Positions 55,301 through 64,000 of a stretch of DNA of 64,000 nucleotides are shown piece by piece. Source of the stretch: Ophelia neglecta (lineage: Eukaryota); the NCBI GenBank assembly GCA_965285935.1, contig OZ260665.1, forward strand, positions 21,390,001 to 21,454,000, given 5' to 3'. The position numbers and the translations under genes are program-made. Within the stretch, counting starts at the first letter, position 1, and every line of letters begins with the position of its first letter. Under the pieces are notes generated by a model that was not told where the DNA came from, did not search any database, and saw only the letters and a list, made by a program, of their open reading frames with translations.

Positions 55301-58300
55301 AGTGTGCTTCTGAAAAAAATTCCCAGCAAGCCCAATCGAACGGATTACTTTCCAACGAAGTTAGGTTTATGTTAATCTTAGGCCATACAATATTAAAATG
55401 GATCCTTTTTGCAGGGAAGATATATCTCAAGATATCTGAATTCGGTGTCGATAGCTATCGTCTCCTCAACGATAGAAAAATTGGCTTATTTCAGTTATCT
55501 CAAATAAAACGAAAAAGGAATTACCATCCAACAGCAGAATTTGGTTTTGCGCAAATAAGGAAACTTGTAGCCAGTATAATGAACTTAATGTTAATTAACA
55601 AAAGGTTTCTTTAATACGGAAACGCGTTGCCACAGACCGCGATTAGTTGGCCTAGTAGCCTCGGCCGTCTAAAAGCATATATTCGTGTTTCCGGGCGTAT
55701 TACATCCGTTTTTATTTGGCATCTAGTGCATCGTGAGTATCTAATTGAGATGATAAAGGCAATGTGCTCCATGGCTGTTAAGCAGATGCCTGTCGAATTT
55801 AACCACTACGGATAATCACTTGTGTATAGAATATACAATAACTGATTACCAGTGAATATAAGGGTATGATAACTGACACACTGTGCCTTGCGTCTAGTCT
55901 TTTTTTGAATGAGAGAACTATACTTAACAAAACATTGAAGGAATATTGTACAAGAATATACAAAACTTTGTTATATAATTGGGCTTTTATCGGATTAATC
56001 AACGCTGTGTCAAATGAATGTTGACCCATTCGAAGTATTCTAGTTAAAGCGGCCTTCTGGCCGACAATTTAATTTCCACTGGCCTCTAACCAAACAATGT
56101 TAGCGAATTGATTAGTTCGTATCTTGACATGTAAGGGAAGATTTACTCTAGGTTGATCACCTTGACCTACTTTTGTCAAAGCATCTATTATAATCCCGAT
56201 ACACACAGGTCATTGCCTATCAAAACCACTTCTTTTATCATTGTATTTCTATTGCAGGGATTCTGTGTTGTTAAATAACGTCATATCCCGGATGTTAATA
56301 ACATCTTGTGAAAAAAAAATCCAATCAGTTTGGATTAGTTTTCTTATGCAAATATGTTAATAGAGAGACTAAGGTGTTTTCATAACAATCAAGTGAAGTA
56401 TTCCGACACAACCCTGCCCGATCCGGGGTTATATACAAGTCTTACAGAACAATGCGTCTGGGTGTTTAAAGACATAAGGCCACGAATGTCTTTACTACAC
56501 AACCATATGACTCCTTTTTTGTGGCTTCTGACTTGTCATAGTAAACAAGTTTAAGACAATCATGTGCTAGTTGATAATGTTAAAATTGGCGTCCTATGAA
56601 TAACAATAATGTATTAAGAAATGTCCATATTAATGGACATAGGACAGTTTAAAAAACAATCACGCAACACGTTAAGATGATTAACTTCTCCTCTCTTGTG
56701 TATCCAAATGAAATAATTAAACGAATGGCTCCCTCTTCCCTTATTTCGTGATTATAATTTGGTAAATCTGCTTGAATTTTGCGTGCCAGTTTAATGCCGT
56801 ATAAACTCCCATTTATTAACTATTAACACAAAACAATGCACCATACGCCTAAAATACCCAAATGATATTCCACTTTGAATTGGTGGCAAAGGAAATTTAC
56901 ATCTTTGATCTCTCTGGCATAATTTCTCGATAAGGTCATCGGGATGCTCTTACAGAATTAATAGAGCAATTTTTGTAGATTAATACCTTATTCCATAACA
57001 TCTTGCAAAGAAAAAAATTTAAAAAAATAAATCGTTGAGGACATCTGTCTACTGAAATGTCCTATGCTTATGTTAAAGACCCTCCTTTCTGAGTCCCACA
57101 GTATTGTACAAACTTTGTTACACCGATTAAGGATCTTCATCATACGAAGGCAGACAATGAAGACCCGTTAAATTTAGGTCCCTGAATCCAGGATTATTTT
57201 TTAAATCAAACCGACATGGTTCGTAAGATGAAACTCGACTAAATTGTTTGCTTATGGTGGATGCTAGATTTGACATTTAATCGGTTATTCGTAGAATAGA
57301 GGTCAAATAAATAATTGTAATTAGTGCCACCAGTTGCGGACTGAGATCAGCTAATTTCACAACGTTAGAATGCTTTCGAAGAAATCATACAACTTAACTT
57401 TGATTTACCATTTCTCTAAAACCTATTTGGTGCATAATTGTTTGATTTCCTTCTTTCGTTTATTACAAGGGTCGTCCGAAATGTAAAGGGCAATACGGTA
57501 GTAAGAAATTTGGGCTGGGGGAAGCACTCATTATCTCGTCATAATGCGCGCCAATGCCCGCTGTAATTTTGCAGTAAGATGGATGGACACATATTTCCTT
57601 TTACCTCTTCTGGCAGATTGATAAACACACTTGTGTCCACCACGAAAGACATAAACTAGTTACCGTTTAGCTGCCATCGTTAGAATTGCTATTCCAATCA
57701 TGCAACTCTGTTGAAATGTTGATACTATTCCAAGGTAGTCATGAGGTCGCAATTCGTTTACTAGAACATTCGGTAATTGATTGATTAACTATGTTGCATT
57801 CATTTGCTAAATGAGATCAAAAAGGTTAATCTATTAACTCCAAATATGTAATTGGTTGATTGAAAACTAAAGAGGGCTCAAAGTTTAGGCACACTTTGTT
57901 TCGCCTTAACGAATTTAGAATAATATGGTAAATTGCGGTAGCATCAATATTTTCCACACAGAATAGGGGAACGTCACATCTGCACGTATTCGCAGATTGT
58001 TGCAAACAAGGAGAAGTGTCACACCCTTCAACGTGTATGGTATTGATAAAGGGCAACACAAAGTATCCAAACGGCGTATTCACTGGATCACGTGAATGCC
58101 AGAAGGACATCCCCACAAATCGAGATAGTGTAAACGCCTATTGCTAATTAATTCTCCTGCAGAATGCTCACTATTGACGACTAGGCATCGGATTCCGATT
58201 CCTAGGTTATCTTAGAGTTTTTTTTATTGATATTCCGTTATTTGTCATGATTCCGGTGTCGCTCATACATACGATGTTTATATGACGAAAAGAAAAACAA

Positions 58301-58492
58301 TGTGCATATAAAATAAAAGGTCAGATAGTTCTTGAAAATACATGCATGTTGTGTATGAACTAAAAAGTTTGAATATTAAAGCAAATCTCTTCTTCGACAT
58401 TATAGCACCCACTGTTTGTAATATTTCGAGGACAGAACGTTTCAACACCACAATGGCCGTCGCTAATTAAGTAGATGATGGTACCATGCTTC

Positions 58493-58612
58493 TGTTGTTG
58501 TTGTTTTGGGTTTCACGTGGCCTTCGACACTTATTGGTCATATAGCTACGGTGTCTACTTGTGACGGAGGCTCAATGCCCTTTTTACAGTGCTGCCTCAC
58601 TGGAGTACCTGC
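58493..58612 (-). mobile_element. SINE family 1, 3' fragment
   Basis: (TTG)n followed by the reverse complement of the 5358-5480 region, e.g. AGTGCTGCCTCACTGG and CTACTTGTGAC. Confidence 0.8.
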
Positions 58613-60069
58613 TGAATGAATGTGGTACCATGTGTTTGATACACACTACAGCCGTTAGCGTGGCACAATTCATTTCGTATACATGAGCAGATGCCACGTG
58701 ACGACAGGAACGTTGACATCACTAAAACACCATGGGAACACGTGATAAGATAAACATCTATGATGTGAGTAAGGGTTATTCTATTTTATTTTTTTTTGTT
58801 TATATATTGTTTTTAGTTTAATTGCTAGTAGCTTATGCGGTCAACTTCAGTGGCCGCATGAATCGCAATTTTAAAGACGAAAGGCAGGGTCTTTTAGATA
58901 CTCTTCAGATTCTCAGCAATGTTCTAGGAAAATAGGAAATATCCCAGATGAAACTAAAAACAGCACCAGAAATGTTAAAGATCGATACGGATAATTCCTT
59001 AAAAAAAGAACACCAATCACTCACCACTTAATTGCTATCAGACTTCTGGGATACAAATTTTACACTTGATGTTCTTTGTTATCATTGTACCTAAATTTTA
59101 CAGGTGGCAAAAAAAACGACACAGAATCCGTTCAATCAGATCACAGAATATGACTATTGGTGTACGAACGGTAAAAAATGATATCCAGAATTCAACGGGA
59201 GTACCACACAGCAATATTCTGGTAGGAAGAATTTAATACGTGTGTTTAGAGAGCCTGCTTAGTAAGCGCGCGTCCTATAAGAATGAAAACGTGATTGTCA
59301 CATCTTTCTGTGCAGTTTCTCAGTGAAAACATTAAGACAAAGTCAACTGACGTAATGTGTCATCTTAACCACAATCATGGAATGATTGACATGCCGTGAT
59401 TTCACCTTACTGTCCGAAGTTTAGTAAAGGAAATTATTACGGAAATAGAGCATTCGCCATTGATGCGTAAATACTCAACTAATGTACCAGTCAAAAGTTA
59501 ATTTAAGTTATAATCAGAATAAGTGTAAGGACGAGATGTCGATGACAAATTTATTACTTTCATTGACTATTAGAGCAGTCCCAAAAGGTTCTTATCGGAA
59601 GGTATTGTCTATTGAAAACGTTACATGTTTCTCGGTTGGCTTCTGTGCATCCCAGATGACAGAAGGTTGTTTTTCTTTATATTACTAAGTCTTGGATAAT
59701 ATAAAAAAAACATAAGGGGAGTGTATCGAGTATTAACACGTGATCACTCACAGTGTTATATACTCAAAGTGTCCGTCTTTAGTCTATACAAAGCAAAGGC
59801 ACATGCTTCAGATGTCAAATATGTATTGGTGATCAGATTTGCCAATCGTACGTTGAAGCCTAATGGAAAATGGAGTTCCACGCTGAATAACATAGATAAG
59901 TCGTTTTCGAAAGGCCCAATCATGACTAACAACACGACTGGGTACTTGTTAGGCAAAGCAAAACCAATAATCGAGAATAACCGATTTAATCGGTCTGAAA
60001 TCATGAGGAACCAGCAGTGAAACGTCCAAAAAGGTAAACCCGACAGTATATGTATGGAAACCCATATAC

Positions 60070-60355
60070 ATTGCCAGTTAGATTGAGATAGTGTTGATCA
60101 AAGCCGTTGTTGGTAGAAGTCCCATGGAGAATGCAGGTTATCTGCACAAATCTGCACAGAGGCAATGTTATTTAACCTAAGCTTATGAAGTTCAGTACTG
60201 TGAGATATGATATTGTCCATCACTATACCTTAACATCGATCTCTTAGCGGCAATCAGTGCTTCAATGCCTTAGGATATTGCCAGTTAGATTGAGATCATG
60301 TTGATCAAAGCCGTCGTTGGTAGAAGTCTCATGGAGAACGCAGGTTATCTGCACA
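60070..60355 (+). repeat. 79-bp direct repeat pair (60070-60148 and 60277-60355)
   Basis: ATTGCCAGTTAGATTGAGAT...GCAGGTTATCTGCACA occurs twice, 207 bp apart, with few substitutions. Confidence 0.9.
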
Positions 60356-63300
60356 TTTCTGTCTGACTGGACATGACTGAGGAAAGTTGGTTTAACCTTG
60401 CAGTTAGTTCTGGCCCTTGACCCCTAAATATTGGCTTTGGATCATACAGCTGAGTGGATGATGGGATTGGCCTTACGTGGGGTGAATGTATCTACATTGA
60501 ATGGTTATTATGCCTCGATTAAAATGGCGCGGTGGCAACATGACATTCGGAATGGTCAGATATAATATAGCCGAAAACTGAAAAAGACCAAGATAAGCGT
60601 TGATCCAATCGTGAATTTCTGTACAAGAAAAAGAATACCTTCTGCCCCACACAATGATGTAGTTGACTTTTTTTCTGTGAAGCTGAACGACGTAAAGGAG
60701 CTATAGCTAGGGACATAACACTGCGGCTGGTAAAAGAAAAATTGTGTCAATCGTGATAAAAGCACCAACATTGTTTTGGATGGTACCGGAAACATATATT
60801 TTGGACCATATTCAGAGTTGTTATACTGTAATTTTTTTAAATGACATATAACCCTTTGGCTACTTGTCTTATATTATGCTTAATTTCAAAAATGTACATG
60901 ACGGCTGTCATTCATTTTCTGTTTTGTAACGATTGCCCGATTAAGTATTTGATTAATACTGTAAAACGTAAAATATTGTTCACTTTTTTATTCATTTTTA
61001 TAAAACTTCTGATTGCCATTCTAACCTAGGCAAGTTAATCCGTCAATCTTTTGTGATATATAATTATTTTTTTATCCTTATCTACATAATAATTTTCTTC
61101 AGATATGCCTTCAAATCATATGAACGCGAAAAAACGCTGCATTATACACCAAGCCACTTATTATCTATCAATAAAGGTGTAAAACTAGATAATTCAAACA
61201 GAATCGCAGCACGCGGAATGTACCGGACAGGGAAGGGTATGTAAAGGTCATATACCTTGGGGGCTATTTGAATGGCACCTTGACCGTGGATAGTCATATC
61301 AGCAAACTGCCAATACTCAAATACTTCTGCCAATACCATTTAGGAATAATATCTCACAAAAGATATATGCAGCTGGCGAAAAAGTCGCTGCAGTAATTGG
61401 TTACGGCAAGTTTTGCACTACGAGATGCCCGTTATCTTTGTCCTACGAAGTTGTGGTCCACTGTTGATTACTTCTGATTGCAAGGAATATCAAGCATTGT
61501 AAATATTTTATGTTTTATTTCAATACTATAGGTATGGACATGGGATACAAACCAGGCTTCTGAGGAATTTGAGCCCATTTAATTAATGTTTCTGGATTAA
61601 TGACTTAATATTGTCTGTCGGTATTCAGTCCCGTCAGAAGTGCCCTACGCATAACGCCCGTGAGTATGAAATCATCGATGATAAATTGAGTAACATACAT
61701 CATGGCATCATCCTCTTCTGTCATGGCGGAAGAAGATATGGGTCAATTCAGTTTATCTGGCCATTACGCTCCGTCTGGAAATTGGCGACTTTACAATGAA
61801 GTGATTTCCTGCTCTAACCAGATTAATATTGGCTTTGTATCATGCGGCAGAACGGAGAATGGGATTGGTCTTTCCTTGATAACAGCTTCTCTGTCTGAGT
61901 GATGGTTTTGCTCGGATGAAAATGGCACAATACAAACTTGCACCGGCTTTTTCATAGACATCAACCAGGAAGAAGGCACGTTCCCATTCGTTTTGAGGAT
62001 AGAGAAACAAGAGGCTGTCTGGTGTTCGAACTTTACATTTAATCAATGGAGAGCTTATATTTGTGATAAGTGAGAACCAATACCCTACGGTGTTACACAA
62101 CGAATAGCGATATAATGTCATAGACAGAAGTCGGAAGCTGATGTCAAAATTCCTTATAAAATTTGTGCCAAGAAGGGGGCAAAAACAATTTAGTGCTCGG
62201 TTTCTTATTAGAAACAGGTTAAATAAATGTGCGCCCTGAATCAACTATTTCTCATTGAGGTCCAATTGATTGCAAAAACAAGACTCTAATATTGATAGCA
62301 TTATTTTGTGTTATGCCTAGACATAAACATAATATTGAGCCTGAAGAAGGACCTCCTAATCGTAAAGGAGAATCTCAGGTACAACATCGCAATGGACTGA
62401 CAGGATGTTCAGCGGGGAGTGCAAAAGAGCATCCAGTTTCCAAGTATTAATATTTGCGCTACCGATCATTGCAATTAAGCTCATACAATTAAGGCGTATG
62501 CTCCAGTACTTTAACTAGTGTCTGGTAAGTTGGTCGTAGCCCTATAAAAATATAGGGTAGAAACGGAAACACATCTAAGATCCTAGACTATTTAACAATT
62601 GGATAACTCTTTCGTTCCAGCAAGTCAGTTAATACTTTTCTATATATGATTACATTTGTTAAAGGGCAAAAAGAATGCAGTCATAATTGTCCTTCCCTGC
62701 CTTAGGCAATTTTGCATGTTGTGAGGGCAAATTACATGATCGACCTATCAATAATCAAACAGGAAGAGATACCGGGCAGTTCTTAAAGCGGGTCCCTAAT
62801 TTTAATAGGTTAATATGATCCCTAGACTCAATCCGCTTTCAAAAACCGTCAGTACAGCATTCACCTGCACCCCGTGGATATCAAATGGAACACCCGTCAT
62901 TGCATTCAGCCCACGTATGTGCAAATAAACGATGTCCTGGCCGTGTTTTCGACTAAAAGCTTCTGCCTCGGCCAAATGAGACCGCTGGTCATCAAACTGA
63001 ACACTCTGGGTCCATTGATTACTGTAGATCTTAAACTGTCCAAGATGGACGCCTGGAGGGTAATTGACATTTCCTACTATTGTATTTGTTACCCTAATCA
63101 TCAAGAAATACAAAAGAGAATTCATGGATGATTTACAATCGAAACCACTTATTCCATCTATGTACTTCACGTGGGGCAAACTGTGTCGATATGCCTATTT
63201 CAACAGCCAAACTGTAATGCATATTGTGTTAAAGAGAATCCTATTTTTTACCATTGTTCTGCATAAGCACTTTGCAGATACAAAAAACTCTGCCCCTGAA

Positions 63301-63780
63301 TGGTAGAAGAGACTAGTATTTCTTCAATTTTATTCGATGTATCGAGCAAAAATTGAAATATGATAACCATATAAAAAGGCTCAAGCTGCAGTTCATTTAT
63401 TATTCATGGCCTAGATAATAGCCGGGTTTAGCACAACGAAATAGCCATAGGCAAGTTAAAAAGGGAAACAGTTTGGGGGTCATATCTCAACCACCTAGGA
63501 AAATCGGCAAGGGGATTGGATCAGATTTAGAGAAGGCGCCATATGAATTAAGACTATATCTAACTTTCTCATTGAGATTTTCAAACAAAACAATACATTT
63601 GTACATAAATAAGAATGTAGGCAAAACAATTATAACCGTTTATTGACTATACACGTGATGGTAGATGGAGAAGAGCGAGAGCTGGACAATCAAAGCCACT
63701 AGTACAAAACAATTGAGTTGAATATGTATTTCACTGATATACCCACTTTATTGCATTTATCCTCAATAAAATGAATTCGA

Positions 63781-63890
63781 CGGCAGTCGACAATCATAAC
63801 ACAAGAATAGTCCATCCTCCTGACGGTTCAGGTCATCAGGTACCGCCAGCTGTAGGCCCAAAGACACAATACCCAGGTCCCCCACATAGA
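63781..63890 (-). repeat. Family X, copy 7
   Basis: Reverse complement reads ATGTGGGGGACCTGGGTAT..GGGCCTACAGCTG..GGACTATTCTTG..GACTGCCG. It shares the exact TGGGCCTACAGCTG with copy 5. Confidence 0.6.
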
Positions 63891-64000
63891 ACAAAAATAG
63901 CAAAATTGCGACTTCTATTTCAGTGAGGAGACAACAGTTTCCCGAAATGCGATACATTGATGCATACAAAACAGAGAAGGAAGTAAAGGGTCCCTGCATA

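Noticed and set aside
61940-62045. LINE RT-like peptide NGNVPSSWLMSMKKPV on the minus strand
   Set aside because: The expected downstream YRPISL motif is absent, so the similarity may be chance.
305-63999. Most ORFs of the six-frame track (60-147 aa), including 33690-34133 and 321-686
   Set aside because: No recognisable domains, composition typical of translated AT-rich non-coding DNA, many non-ATG starts and no operon-like packing.

Overview
AT-rich, gene-poor eukaryotic DNA that reads as intergenic sequence or a very large intron. No intact protein-coding gene, rRNA, tRNA or CRISPR array can be supported, and most ORFs in the track look like chance ORFs. The SINE at ~5.3 kb resembles lophotrochozoan (mollusc-type) SINEs, so an invertebrate host such as a mollusc is inferred. 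The recognisable content is repeat-derived: a decayed L2/CR1-group LINE ORF2 (~42.9-43.8 kb), weaker RT and tyrosine-recombinase relics, two SINE families, three PIF/Harbinger-like MITEs, three Tc1/mariner-like MITEs and a 60-bp piggyBac-like element. Other structures are a ~1.08-kb foldback with ~230-bp inverted arms, an A-B-A-C-B' local duplication carrying a 49-bp minisatellite, and a candidate non-coding exon. The most unusual signal is an unnamed, strongly diverged ~100-125-bp element with collinear conserved blocks, seen as at least 7 long and several partial copies on both strands. All alignments and identity estimates were made by eye.
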